Source: Pontixanthobacter sp. (lineage in GTDB: Bacteria > Pseudomonadota > Alphaproteobacteria > Sphingomonadales > Sphingomonadaceae). From it: DNA of 60,693 nucleotides. The DNA lies in assembly GCA_049682975.1 (NCBI GenBank), contig JBAUIN010000044.1, positions 1 to 60,693 on the forward strand. The letters run 5' to 3'. A program made the translations under genes and the position numbers. Positions within the stretch are counted from its first letter, which is position 1; each line of letters starts with the position of its first letter. Positions 1 through 10,281 of this stretch are shown here, one piece after another. Under the pieces are notes generated by a model, which searched no databases, was not told where the DNA came from, and saw only the letters and a list, made by a program, of their open reading frames with translations.

Positions 1-1052
1 GCCCGACAACGTCCGCGTCCATCATGGACATGTAACGATGGCACGATGAATGCTCGGCTGGAGCTGCGATAGTAACTCTCGCCCACTTGGGGAGGGGTTC
101 CAACGTATACCATTCCGGGAATGGACCGACCGGCGATCTCCACGGACTGTCCGGCAGCGATCCATCCGGACATATCGCTGGTCGTGAAGCCATTCTTGTT
201 GAGGCGACCCCTCTCAGACATTTCCTCTGTCTCGCTTTCCTCATCCACTGAAAGGGAGATCGACTCGTTTCTGGCGTACTCGTTCGCCTCGTGCTCCTGA
301 CGGGCACGAGCCACCTTTCCAGCCGCTATCAACGCAGCATTATCCTGCTTCGGTCGGTAAGGCTTAGATGCGCTTGCATCATCCACCGCCTGTGACGCGC
401 GCTGCGCCGCCTTCTGCCATAGAGATCGAGGAGCATCCTCGACTTCGACTTTCGACGATCTAGCGGAAATGCTTCCGATCTGCCGTGCGATGCGCTCTTG
501 AGCTCCCCGCAACGGCATGTCGTGCGTTGTCGGCTTGGCGTATTTCACCGCTGCCCTGGCCAACTCGTCGCGAGCTGCGCGTCCAGCAGCAATCAGGACC
601 GAGTTGTCCTGCCGCGGTCTGTATGACTCCGAGTCGACAATTTGAGGTTCAGGCTCGCTGAAAGTGGGATCTTCTGGCCGATCCAGCGATTTCCCGTGCC
701 GCTCTGGTCTTGGACGCTCGCGTGCCGAAGCAGTCGCTCGATTAGCACGTTCGCGAGATGCAGCCAGTCGGCGAGCAATCCGCTTCTCTGCAACAGTTCG
801 TGGCTCGGGCGGATGGGGGACCTGTGATTGAAGGCCTTGTTGGTCTTGCTCCGCCGGCGACCGGTCGATCGCGTTTTCCGTTTCCAGGCGTTCCCGGCGG
901 CGCTTGTTGAACCACCGAACGATGAAAATCGGTGCAATGATAATTACCAGCCCTTCGATAACGTCAGGCAACGGGTTCAAAACGATGGTGACCACAATTC
1001 CGGTGATGAAGAACCACACGACATAGAGCAGCAAAGAACGCAGAATCGCCAT
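1..1052 (-). CDS. TerB N-terminal domain membrane protein, Shango SngA-like (runs off window edge)
   Basis: Not in the ORF track. My translation from ATG 1052 is open to position 1. It begins MAILRSLLLYVVWFFITGIVVTIVLNPLPDVIEGLVIIIAPIFIVRW (two TM helices), has a long linker, then GWIAAGQSVEIAGRSIPGMVYVG...RAFIVPSLHV, typical of TerB_N. Confidence 0.75.
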   Translation of the reverse strand, partial: MAILRSLLLYVVWFFITGIVVTIVLNPLPDVIEGLVIIIAPIFIVRWFNKRRRERLETENAIDRSPAEQDQQGLQSQVPHPPEPRTVAEKRIARRLAASRERANRATASARERPRPERHGKSLDRPEDPTFSEPEPQIVDSESYRPRQDNSVLIAAGRAARDELARAAVKYAKPTTHDMPLRGAQERIARQIGSISARSSKVEVEDAPRSLWQKAAQRASQAVDDASASKPYRPKQDNAALIAAGKVARARQEHEANEYARNESISLSVDEESETEEMSERGRLNKNGFTTSDMSGWIAAGQSVEIAGRSIPGMVYVGTPPQVGESYYRSSSRAFIVPSLHVHDGRGRCR

Positions 1053-1192
1053 CTGCAATCAATGCTGAAACCCCGCAATATACGCAATGCCCGTTCGATG
1101 AACTTCCAACGTAGTGTAAATAGCAAGGTTCAGACCGGCTCAACAGAAGAGTTCCTAGTGAATCGCGAAGCTGGTTGGGGCGAAGAGGAGCA

Positions 1193-4100
1193 TCAGCTCG
1201 GATTGGTCGATGCCAGTGGTTGGTTCGATGACGCCAGCTCAAGCCGTCCATCGTCGACCCAAAACACCGCCAGTCCTTTGAGCGGATGCTGCGGAAACGC
1301 ATTTTTGACCAACGCGCCATAGCTTGACAGCTGTGGCCAGTGTGAGCCGAACCCCTGGCCATCCCCGCCGGATTTATGGTCGATCACCAAACAGCCTTCG
1401 GTTCCTACCGCAAGGAGATCAATGATGCCGGGGATCTCTGCACCGTCCGGCGAACGACCCAAGAGAGGAACCTCGGTGCGAAGATCGGTGTAGCCTTCGT
1501 TCGCCAGCCAAGCCTTCAACTCTTCGGCGCGCTGGAAAACCAGCGAGATCGTGGTATCTTCAAGCTCGGTGGCAGCAGACAACGCCGACTTAAGGTCCGG
1601 TCTTGTCAAACAGGTGCGCAGGGCGAGGTGAAGCGCTGTGCCTCGGCTGGCATCGTTGATTGCCTCCGGCCAGGGCTCACCTAGTTCGATACTGCGGCTC
1701 GTCGCCAAAGCACTTGCGCCCCGGGACTGCGACGGTTGCAGGCGCCATGGCGTTAGCGGCGTCATGGGCGACGGGGTATCTACGCCAAACCTTGGGGCGA
1801 TGCCTACGGGATCCCCTGAATATTGGGTGAAATCGGCAAGCTCCGGAAGTCGAACAACGGTCGCAGGGCAGTCCACCCCCGCCATATGCAAGCGGTCATC
1901 GCCCAATTGCGGTGCACATTCGTCAACAAGAACGTGGAATAACGTATTGGCCCCTGGTTCGTCCTCCGGACGATCCTTCATGAAACTGGGCCATTCCAGA
2001 ACCAGCCTATCACGAGCGCGTGTCAGTGCGACATACAAAAGGTTCTTCGCGTTGGCTTCGAATTCCGATCGCCGGTCTTCGACGAAGCGCCGCTCGCTTT
2101 CTGGCGCAGCAAAACCCGGCGTGTGGATCAATGCCGCAGAATCTAAAGCCACCGCCATATCATCAATGCGATCAAGCGCGTCAAAGCTTGTGGTGGTAGA
2201 GCCGGGCCGCTCTTCGATGCCATTGTCGAATTCCGCCACCACGGTGATCGGCCATTCGCGCCCTTTGGAAGCATGCCATGTTACAATTTCGACCGCTTCC
2301 GCGGTGTTGGCCGCCGGATCCGGCCGCAAGTCAAAATCACGTTCGCTGCGGCGGGAATCCAGCCAGCCGAGGAATACTTTCGCCGTTTCACCGTGGAACC
2401 CGGATGCTGCCTTCAGATCACGGTGTGCGACTTCGAACTCGCTGGCTTCGGCTGCGAGCCGGAGAAGGTCGGCACGGGACTGGGTCGCATCGGGATGCTG
2501 GTCTGCCCAAATCCGAAGCCCAGTGATGTCGAGCACGTGGTCGAGGGCCGCACCCACCGTCAAATCAGACATTTCGATGGACAGTTCCGCAAGCCGCGCG
2601 AGGATGGGGTCATCCATCAATCGCCCGGCGATTTGCAACGAAAGCCCTTCCTGCAGCGGTATCGGCTCCGGCCCAAGTGTTCGCAATATCAGACCAGCAT
2701 GGGTATCCGCAGGGTTGGCGGCGAAAGCGAAAGCAGCCCGCGCGGCCGTAATGACAGGGCTATCCAACCAGCCGCTCTCGCTAATGCGCACAGGAACACC
2801 GCGGGCGCGCAGTTCCTCTGCATAGCGGGCCGCGGTGGTATGTCGGCACACGAGTAGAGCAATATCAGACGGTCGGGCCGGGCGTTCAGCTTTCGTGCGC
2901 CGGTCGGTGATGGTATCACCATCGACCAATATCTTCGAGATATGCTCTGCGATATGCTCCTGTGGCTTCGAAGTCTTCCGCACACCGCGCCCTTGTGTCG
3001 CATCGAGCACGACTATCGCTGGATCGGAATCTTGATCGCGCGTCGGTTTGAGTGGGTTGTATCCCGCTTTAAACAGTCCCGAACCCATCGCGTTCACTAA
3101 GTTCATCACTGCAGGAGTTGAACGCCAGTTACGGTCCAAGGGACGTATCTTGTCCGGGTTCGCCATTATCAATGCTTCCGAAAGCCGCGCATCCGCACCC
3201 TGAAAACCCATGATCGACTGTTTCACGTCGCCGACCAGCAATGTTCGCGGAGCGCGTGCACCGAGATGCCAAAGAAGGGCGAACTGGATGGGGTTGGTGT
3301 CCTGAAACTCATCAATGATGACGCAGTCAATTTCATCGAGCACCGCTTGTCGCACCTCATCATCCGTCCGCAAGAGCCGTTCGGCCCCGGCAATCATGTC
3401 GGCGAAGTCGATCAGGCCAAGAGCCCTCTTACGGTCCTCATAAGCCTTCATCACCTCCTGCGCGCACTCGATCAGACAGGATAAATGGAGTTTCGCGTCC
3501 GCGAGTGGGCCGGGCAGGGTAGGAAGGACATCCGCGGCTTCCATGATGGCGATCGCCAGATCGTCATAGCCTTCGGGTGTTTTCGTGCGACTGTTCGAGA
3601 CGAACAGGTCACGAAGGCTTTGCCACAGGGCCCAGTCACGATCGAGTAAGTCGCGGTCGCGGGCGACGCGGCTGAACAATGCGAGATTTTTTTCAAGCTT
3701 CTCGCGTGGGCCTTTTGTGGTGACGGATGCCATTCCGCCTTCGGGAAAGGCTGCGACCATATTCTCGACCGCAGTGGCAAGGCTGTTTGCAGCATCGGTG
3801 GGGTCGGACAAGACATCGCCGTAGATATCATCGAGCCGTGATAACGCCGGAGCTATCAGGCTGGGATCACCGCCCTTGTCACCCAGACCGCGCAACAGTT
3901 CGATCATGGACATTACGCGATCGCGCAAACCATCCTCGACGGTCGCTCCGCTCTGCCAGTTCGGTTGATAGCCGTGGCGTTCGGGGTCGGCTTTGATCGG
4001 GTCGAGCGATTTGGCAAACGCCAGCGCCTGACGGATAAGAAGGTCGCGCTCGGCGTCGCCGAGATGGCGCGGTTGCGGCGAGGCACCAACCGCCAGCGCA

Positions 4101-4375
4101 TGTTCTGTAAGAAGCCGAAGGCCGAGGCCGTGTATCGTCGAAACATAAGCACGTTCGACAGCCATAGCCTCCGAAACCATCCCTTCAGCTAGAAGCTCGC
4201 TTCGGATCCGTTCGCGCAGTTCGCCAGCTGCAGCTTCCGTAAAGGTGACAGCCAGGATGCGTTCGGGCCGCACCACCTCACGGTTCACCCAGTCGGAAAG
4301 CTGTGTCTTGATGCGGTGGGTCTTACCAGCGCCTGCGCCGGCAGGGACGATGACCAGTCCATCATCCATGATCAT
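1193..4375 (-). CDS. AddA/RecB-like UvrD helicase with C-terminal PD-(D/E)XK nuclease
   Basis: Helicase motifs AGAGAGKT, DEFQD, VGDVKQSI, NWRS, HASKGREW, LYVALTRARD. Nuclease motif GIIDLL...IDHKS...QLSSY. Confidence 0.93.
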   Translation of the reverse strand: MIMDDGLVIVPAGAGAGKTHRIKTQLSDWVNREVVRPERILAVTFTEAAAGELRERIRSELLAEGMVSEAMAVERAYVSTIHGLGLRLLTEHALAVGASPQPRHLGDAERDLLIRQALAFAKSLDPIKADPERHGYQPNWQSGATVEDGLRDRVMSMIELLRGLGDKGGDPSLIAPALSRLDDIYGDVLSDPTDAANSLATAVENMVAAFPEGGMASVTTKGPREKLEKNLALFSRVARDRDLLDRDWALWQSLRDLFVSNSRTKTPEGYDDLAIAIMEAADVLPTLPGPLADAKLHLSCLIECAQEVMKAYEDRKRALGLIDFADMIAGAERLLRTDDEVRQAVLDEIDCVIIDEFQDTNPIQFALLWHLGARAPRTLLVGDVKQSIMGFQGADARLSEALIMANPDKIRPLDRNWRSTPAVMNLVNAMGSGLFKAGYNPLKPTRDQDSDPAIVVLDATQGRGVRKTSKPQEHIAEHISKILVDGDTITDRRTKAERPARPSDIALLVCRHTTAARYAEELRARGVPVRISESGWLDSPVITAARAAFAFAANPADTHAGLILRTLGPEPIPLQEGLSLQIAGRLMDDPILARLAELSIEMSDLTVGAALDHVLDITGLRIWADQHPDATQSRADLLRLAAEASEFEVAHRDLKAASGFHGETAKVFLGWLDSRRSERDFDLRPDPAANTAEAVEIVTWHASKGREWPITVVAEFDNGIEERPGSTTTSFDALDRIDDMAVALDSAALIHTPGFAAPESERRFVEDRRSEFEANAKNLLYVALTRARDRLVLEWPSFMKDRPEDEPGANTLFHVLVDECAPQLGDDRLHMAGVDCPATVVRLPELADFTQYSGDPVGIAPRFGVDTPSPMTPLTPWRLQPSQSRGASALATSRSIELGEPWPEAINDASRGTALHLALRTCLTRPDLKSALSAATELEDTTISLVFQRAEELKAWLANEGYTDLRTEVPLLGRSPDGAEIPGIIDLLAVGTEGCLVIDHKSGGDGQGFGSHWPQLSSYGALVKNAFPQHPLKGLAVFWVDDGRLELASSNQPLASTNPS

Positions 4376-6918
4376 GCCTCCTCGATCTGACGAATGAATG
4401 CGATGACCAAAGCGGAACCGTCGGTCAGCGCGTAGGGAGTGAAACCGGCTTGCTTCTTGAAGAAAGCTTCGTCCGCGGACGTGTTCAAGACGACGCGGCC
4501 CGCGCCGAGTTCGGCAAGCCTCTCCGCCAGCTTCTCCAGGGCTCCCTCATTCACAGCATCACCCATCTCGCGAGCGAGCGAACCTTCGATCTGGGGCAGG
4601 CCGGAAGTCAAAAGACCGTCGTCATTCATCAGATGATAGGCGACGGCGATCTTACGGCCGATCAAGCCGTCCATGCCATCATCATCGCGGCGATGCGGTT
4701 GCGCAATCATATCACGATAAAGTCCCGCCTGCAGATCCCACCCCGCTTCCATCCGCCTGCGCCGCCCCGCGGTGCTGCTCTTCTTGTGGTCGACTATCAG
4801 TAGTTCGCCATTCGGCAGTTCTAGTATCGCATCCGCCTTCCCATGCAGATCGACGCCATGCGCCCGACCGGCCAGCCAAATCTCATTGCCGACAACCATA
4901 GCTTCCAGAGCCAAGAGATGTTCGCGCCAACCGATTGCGGCGGCCATGATTTCGCGTCCAAGTCCATTGCGCTCCATCTCCCACGAAGAGCGGCGCAAGT
5001 AACCGGCATGGCGGGTCAGGGCGCGGTCATAGGCTTCGGGGACGACAGCCGACAATACGTCGGTGTCTGGGACGGGCTGGTCCTTCAAAAAAACATGTTC
5101 GAACACATCGTGAGCGATGGTGCCCTTGGTCATGACGTCCAGCTCCTCGGCCGACCAGGACATCTCCTCTGCGCCGATTTCGCCAAGAAGCCAGGCGATT
5201 GGGCTGACCAATAGGGTCTCGAGCCGCGATGGGGATTGGGGTTTCGGCTTGCCATCGTCATCGCACCGCAATGCGAGCAAATCTTCATCCGCAAAATGCA
5301 GTGCTTCCGGCAATTCAGATGCCTCGGGCAAAGGTGGTAGATGATGGTGGGCCACGGGCCAGTCCTCCGGCTGGATACGCGACAGATCGACAATCAGATC
5401 GCTGGCATCTTCAACGCCTGAGATCGCTCGGGCCACCAAAGACAGGCCGGCCGAAGGCTGCACGCGTCCGCCGGACAGATCGCGCGACGGAACGACGAAC
5501 GCAATGCTTTCGCTCACCGCCCGTATCTGCTGGTCGAAAAGCGACAAGCCTCTTGCCAGCCCTTCAGCCCGACCATGCAATGCCAACCCCATCGCCTCAC
5601 GGAGCGCAGCGATCTCGCTATCCAGGAACAGTGGGTTGGGACGCGGCCTGATAGGGTAAAACCCATCGATGAAATCGGTCACTATCAAGTGCCGGCAAGG
5701 GCGCCAGGGGCTTTCATAAGCGGACCAGAGGCTCACACCTTCCAGATTGCGGTCCGGCTCGCCTTCCGTGGGTGGCATGATCTGGATACCACGCAATATC
5801 GTCTCCCAGTCCGGGGTGCCTTCACCGAGCAAGCCCGGCAAGCGCGCCCGGACCTCATCGCCTTGCGCGAGAGAATCGCAGATCCGATCAAGCAGAAGGC
5901 GCAGCTGCGCCAAGCTGCTGGCGGAAGCGCGGATATCGTCCCAGAGCTCCTTATGCTCAATGGTATCGGTCAAGACCGCACCGCGGTAATCGCCACCCAT
6001 CAGACTTTCGGACAGATCGCGACCGGTCTGAGCAGACCATGGCATCAACGGCGAAAGCGCAAGGCTCGCCAACACCATCGCGGGGGTGGGCGGGCGCTTC
6101 GCCAGCGCAAGATGCAAGGCCGTCTCACCGATCACGTCGCGCCGCGGCCGGTCAGCCGGTAGGCCGGAGAAGGGCACGCCTTGAACTGCGAAAGCTCGGG
6201 CAAGCTGGCGCGGATCGCCCGCTGTAAGGACTGCGATATCCCGCGCTTCAACCCCCGCGTCGATCATTGCACGCGCGCGGGCCGCGCAGAGATCCGCCGC
6301 CGCAGCTGGATCGCGCACTCCGAAGAACTCAAGGCTGTCGTCGTTGCCGCCGACGTCGAGCTGCGGTTCGATCAGCCCTCCCTGCAGAGCGTGGAGACGG
6401 GTGCCAGCGGAAGCGGCACGGGTGGATGGTGATGCCGAGACTGAGCCGAACTCGTCCTTCAAACGACGATAAAGCGCCTGCATGATCGCAGGCGCTAACG
6501 GATCGAGTGAACCCTCGACCACCGGAACTGAATCGAGGAACCGCCCATGCGGGAGGTTCAGTACATGGCGCACCGGAGCAAGTCCGTCCGGCAAACCATC
6601 TCCCGACTGCCGCCATAGACCAACCAATGCCGAGAGATGCCGTTTTGCCCGGCTGTCAGGCAGGTTGTCGACAGATGGTACACCCAAATCGGATGTCGCG
6701 GACACCAAATCCTCCAAAGCTGCAGTCACGGCCGAAACCGTCTCGATCGGTGCGTTGGCAATGCTGTCCGCCCAAACGGGATCCACATCTTCGAACAATG
6801 CACGTCCCGGCGACCATTCGGGTGCGACTGGTGCCAGGGAAAGCTCGGCCAGGTCGTTGTCCGTTAATCTATACTGCAAACCGGAGCGTGGATCCTCGAC
6901 AAGGAACGGATAATGCAT
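4372..6918 (-). CDS. AddB-like protein with inactive helicase scaffold and PD-(D/E)XK nuclease
   Basis: DIAVL motif, SPSRLE, GKADAIL...IVDHKKS...DLQAGLY. Overlaps the AddA-like gene by 4 bp. Confidence 0.85.
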   Translation of the reverse strand: MHYPFLVEDPRSGLQYRLTDNDLAELSLAPVAPEWSPGRALFEDVDPVWADSIANAPIETVSAVTAALEDLVSATSDLGVPSVDNLPDSRAKRHLSALVGLWRQSGDGLPDGLAPVRHVLNLPHGRFLDSVPVVEGSLDPLAPAIMQALYRRLKDEFGSVSASPSTRAASAGTRLHALQGGLIEPQLDVGGNDDSLEFFGVRDPAAAADLCAARARAMIDAGVEARDIAVLTAGDPRQLARAFAVQGVPFSGLPADRPRRDVIGETALHLALAKRPPTPAMVLASLALSPLMPWSAQTGRDLSESLMGGDYRGAVLTDTIEHKELWDDIRASASSLAQLRLLLDRICDSLAQGDEVRARLPGLLGEGTPDWETILRGIQIMPPTEGEPDRNLEGVSLWSAYESPWRPCRHLIVTDFIDGFYPIRPRPNPLFLDSEIAALREAMGLALHGRAEGLARGLSLFDQQIRAVSESIAFVVPSRDLSGGRVQPSAGLSLVARAISGVEDASDLIVDLSRIQPEDWPVAHHHLPPLPEASELPEALHFADEDLLALRCDDDGKPKPQSPSRLETLLVSPIAWLLGEIGAEEMSWSAEELDVMTKGTIAHDVFEHVFLKDQPVPDTDVLSAVVPEAYDRALTRHAGYLRRSSWEMERNGLGREIMAAAIGWREHLLALEAMVVGNEIWLAGRAHGVDLHGKADAILELPNGELLIVDHKKSSTAGRRRRMEAGWDLQAGLYRDMIAQPHRRDDDGMDGLIGRKIAVAYHLMNDDGLLTSGLPQIEGSLAREMGDAVNEGALEKLAERLAELGAGRVVLNTSADEAFFKKQAGFTPYALTDGSALVIAFIRQIEEA

Positions 6919-7021
6919 ACGAGTTTCAATCCTTATCGGAGAAGCGATAAAGCCACACGTGCGCGATCTCCATCATCTTAATGTCACTATAGACCTGTTG
7001 AGCGCCGTGAAAGCTGCCTTT

Positions 7022-7609
7022 TCAAAACGGTATCGGCCTGGCCATTTCCAGCGCCTGCCAAGCCTGAAAGGCCGCGAATAGCTTGCGTGTCTCCTTGCGC
7101 CCCAATGTCGTCGCAACATAGGCAAGCCATACGATCTGGGCACGAACCCCGGCCGCGCGCGCCTGGCTCAGAACATCCGTTTGGTAACAATTGCGCAGAC
7201 CGAACGTAGACGCCAACTGGATCATCGCCTCTTCAGGTGCGCCCATCAGGTTCAGATTGGACGGCTGGATGGTCTTAAGGCCGTCGATGATATCCAGATA
7301 GACCAATCCCGCCTCAAGAATATGCCTGCGGTCCCGAAAGTCTTCATTCGCCTCACAAGATCCCACAACGACATGGCGGTCATGTGACAGCGACCCGATA
7401 TCGCAGAACAGGCGTCGCCTATCATCATTGTCCGTGGTCGAGACATGCCGTGCGGTGAATACCGGATCACCATCCACGATCTCAACTTCGAGCGCTCCAT
7501 AGCATGACAATCGCCGGTAGCCTTCGCCATCGCCAGCAGGCCCGTCCACATTGACGAGCGCCACGAGGCTGGATGGGTGCTTATTCGAGGAACGGGTGGC
7601 AGTGCTCAT
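7022..7609 (-). CDS. Hypothetical protein, possibly a degenerate PolB-type 3'-5' exonuclease fold
   Basis: Co-oriented in the gene run. Pattern RRLSCYGAL...RRLFCDI...QLASTFGL...IVWLAY loosely recalls the exo domain without the acidic residues. Start uncertain (track ORF begins at 7681). Confidence 0.6.
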   Translation of the reverse strand: MSTATRSSNKHPSSLVALVNVDGPAGDGEGYRRLSCYGALEVEIVDGDPVFTARHVSTTDNDDRRRLFCDIGSLSHDRHVVVGSCEANEDFRDRRHILEAGLVYLDIIDGLKTIQPSNLNLMGAPEEAMIQLASTFGLRNCYQTDVLSQARAAGVRAQIVWLAYVATTLGRKETRKLFAAFQAWQALEMARPIPF

Positions 7610-7682
7610 AGTATATCGATACCAGAAATAGTGATTTGTGAAGGAAAAGCGGTCCATCGGCCCACCGGATGGTCTACCCATG

Positions 7683-8534
7683 TCAAGCTGCGCCCGGCAT
7701 CGTGGCCGTGAAACGGTCGCAGAAAGAGAGCTTCATGAAGTGCTCGGTGAGTGCGCGTGTGCCATGCTCGGTCACCATCTCACTCCAGACATCCCAACGG
7801 TCGATGCGTTCGACCAGCCAGAGATAGAAGCAGTCGCGAGCGTGCCGGTCGCCTTCGGGCCAGGACATCGACCAAAGGGTGGAGCGGACGGGCACCTCCT
7901 TCGTGATACGAAGACCGATCAGTTTGACTACCGGAACGCCATCGATGGTGCCGGTCGTGAAGCGATGCGCCATGCGAGCCGCAACCTGCTCGCGCTGTTC
8001 AACCAGTTCTGCTGCCGCCCTGCGTTCGGCGGAGCGGGCCAGCCCTCTTGTGGCTGCAATCCAGTCCAGCCCGATGTCCTCGTTCGCATATTCGCGTCTG
8101 CGGGTCGCGATGAGCATCTGCAGGACGGCTCGACCTTCCAGGGTCAATCTCCTACCATGCTTCTCGACCAGTCCTGCAGCCTGCAGGAAAACGTCGAAGA
8201 AATCCCCAAAGTGACGATCTCCCATGAAGATGTCGCGAGCCTTCTCTCCCGATGCGACGAAGCGTCCGTCGACGATCGCCATGTAGTGAAGCATGAAGTC
8301 GAGAGTTTCCTCGGACTGCCAGCCGGATACGTCTGCCAGTCCCAAGCCCGTGGCCCAGAAAGCCTGGCGAACGGATTGCCATTCGCGGCCCTCTTCATCC
8401 ATCAGTGGCGGTTCGCCGGCCACATCACCTATAGAGGTTAGCCAATAACCCCATGGCAAGTCCGGGTGGCGCTCCTCGTCGTAGCGCGTCGGCTCGGGTT
8501 CGCCGAAGATGTTGGAGAAGCCAGCTGCCATCAA
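7683..8534 (-). CDS. Hypothetical protein
   Basis: 283-aa ORF whose start overlaps the stop of the upstream ORF; natural composition. Confidence 0.75.
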   Translation of the reverse strand: MMAAGFSNIFGEPEPTRYDEERHPDLPWGYWLTSIGDVAGEPPLMDEEGREWQSVRQAFWATGLGLADVSGWQSEETLDFMLHYMAIVDGRFVASGEKARDIFMGDRHFGDFFDVFLQAAGLVEKHGRRLTLEGRAVLQMLIATRRREYANEDIGLDWIAATRGLARSAERRAAAELVEQREQVAARMAHRFTTGTIDGVPVVKLIGLRITKEVPVRSTLWSMSWPEGDRHARDCFYLWLVERIDRWDVWSEMVTEHGTRALTEHFMKLSFCDRFTATMPGAA

Positions 8535-9280
8535 TCATCTCCGCCCTGCTTGGCCGGCGGTGCCAACTGCAAGGGTGTTGCTGCGTCATCTCCAACACCG
8601 GGGTTCGCATCGGAGACAGCCTTCAAACGCTTGGCGAACTCGACGATCTGACCGTAGACGAAAGCCTGATCGCGATAGACATCTTCCTTGCGATTATTTC
8701 GATTGATTCCCTTGGGAATATAGTCGCCAAGATGATCGGTATCGAAACCCAGCCACCACAAGTCCTCGTGCTCGAACTCGTCCTCAGTCGATTGCACCGT
8801 GCGGTAGTTGCGAACCACTTTAGTATAGGTGACATGGCAGACAGTATAGCGTTCGGTGCGAGGATCGCCGTATTCCTCTTGCTCGAAACGATTAACCTCG
8901 CACTCCTTGCCATAGGTCACCCCGCCGTGAACGGTATTGGAAATGCCGACAGGCACGGCGTCAGCTGTAAAGCCGAAGAGGGGGTGGTCCGGGCCGACAC
9001 CGACATAACCGCTCAGCGTCCCGTTCTCCTGGCGCAGCAGTATCGCGCCGAAGCCGGTTGCTTCGTCCAACCAAGCGACCTTGTCGGCCTCATCGTTCCA
9101 AGGACCGTCGCCTGACGGCTTGCGATCTTCGTTGTGCCACACCTGCAGTGCCGTTACGGCAGTATCGGCCACCGGGTAAGTCACGGGGGCCAAACTGACG
9201 AGCCCTTCGGGCAGTTCGGATTTCGCGAGCTGTGTGCTGTTGGCGCGAGTCTTGGCTGGCTTCTTCGCCATCATATTCAT
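8531..9280 (-). CDS. Conserved phage-like hypothetical protein (GYVGV / VHGGVTY / WWLGFD motifs)
   Basis: Motifs GTLSGYVGVGPDHPL, VHGGVTY and WWLGFDTDHLGD resemble a family I recall from phages. AAGGA immediately upstream. Confidence 0.75.
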   Translation of the reverse strand: MNMMAKKPAKTRANSTQLAKSELPEGLVSLAPVTYPVADTAVTALQVWHNEDRKPSGDGPWNDEADKVAWLDEATGFGAILLRQENGTLSGYVGVGPDHPLFGFTADAVPVGISNTVHGGVTYGKECEVNRFEQEEYGDPRTERYTVCHVTYTKVVRNYRTVQSTEDEFEHEDLWWLGFDTDHLGDYIPKGINRNNRKEDVYRDQAFVYGQIVEFAKRLKAVSDANPGVGDDAATPLQLAPPAKQGGDD

Positions 9281-9326
9281 CCTTTCAGTTGGTTAATTAA
9301 GTAGTTTCTTCGGGGTAGGCGAAAAA

Positions 9327-10202
9327 CTACCGGTAACGGTCGAACGCAGTGCGTTGCGTCATGCGTGGCGCGTGACGTGTTGGGCGTTTGCTGCTGGCGT
9401 AGACGTTGAGAGCGAGCCAAGCCTGTTCGGCCAGCAGATCGCGGTCGATGACCTCGTTCCACCAGACCCCATCATCCGAGTTCCAGCGATAACCGCGCGC
9501 TTTGAGTGCGTCCTTCACCTCGAAGGCCGCCCCGACGGCTTCGATCAGATGACTGTCGGACAAGGCGTGCTCATATAGTTCATAGAGCAGCGGAACGCCG
9601 TCTGTGCCTTCGTGCTGCAGGAGCTGGATTACTGCGTCGACATCCCCTTGCGCACGATGTGCGTCGAACCACCAGCCGGCCTGCATGCAAAGGTAGCCGA
9701 GGGACCGCCCTTCGAAGCCGGCCTCCCGCCAAGCAATGCCATCCATGGAACATGCCCAAGGCAGACCAGGAAGATCCGGCAAGCGCTTTTCGATCATAGG
9801 CCGGTCGAATGCGCTGTGGTGCGCAATCACGACATCAGCGCCACCGATCACCTTTATTGCGGTAGCGTCATCAATACGCTGCCCCGCAAGGTCGCTATCG
9901 GTCAGTCCGGTGATCCTGGTGATGTCCGCGGCAATAGCAAAACCCGGGTCCTCGCGCCACGACCAGGCTTTACCGATCTCGACGATATTGCCGTCATCGT
10001 CATAACGGATACGCCGCGCCGCAAGTTCAATGACCTTGTCAGTCTTCTGATCGAGGCCGGTGGTTTCGACATCGACGACGACCGCCGTGATGGTGTGGCC
10101 ATCAAGGTCGCCGATACCGGTCACGCCTTCGCGAAGCTGAATACGATTGAGCGTTCGTATGTCCTCATCCGGGATGGTCAGGGCGGAGCTCTGAATGTTC
10201 AT
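9327..10202 (-). CDS. DEDDh 3'-5' exonuclease (DNA polymerase III epsilon-like)
   Basis: VVVDVETTG, AHHSAFD, HRAQGD. Start MNIQSS follows an AAAGG RBS. Confidence 0.9.
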   Translation of the reverse strand: MNIQSSALTIPDEDIRTLNRIQLREGVTGIGDLDGHTITAVVVDVETTGLDQKTDKVIELAARRIRYDDDGNIVEIGKAWSWREDPGFAIAADITRITGLTDSDLAGQRIDDATAIKVIGGADVVIAHHSAFDRPMIEKRLPDLPGLPWACSMDGIAWREAGFEGRSLGYLCMQAGWWFDAHRAQGDVDAVIQLLQHEGTDGVPLLYELYEHALSDSHLIEAVGAAFEVKDALKARGYRWNSDDGVWWNEVIDRDLLAEQAWLALNVYASSKRPTRHAPRMTQRTAFDRYR

Positions 10203-10281
10203 TTCAATACCTTTCTTCCGTGGGGGAAATGAGAATGGGTGGAAAATCATCGGGCGGTCGGATCGCGTTGCGCCAACGATG

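Noticed and set aside
593..1362. Track ORFs 593-937, 828-1322 and 964-1362
   Set aside because: They overlap the better-supported 1-1052 minus-strand gene or the helicase end.
1638..2825. 395-aa plus-strand ORF and similar long antisense ORFs (14576-15472, 45893-47059, 55636-56766, 59298-60560)
   Set aside because: Antisense shadows of well-supported genes in GC-rich DNA.
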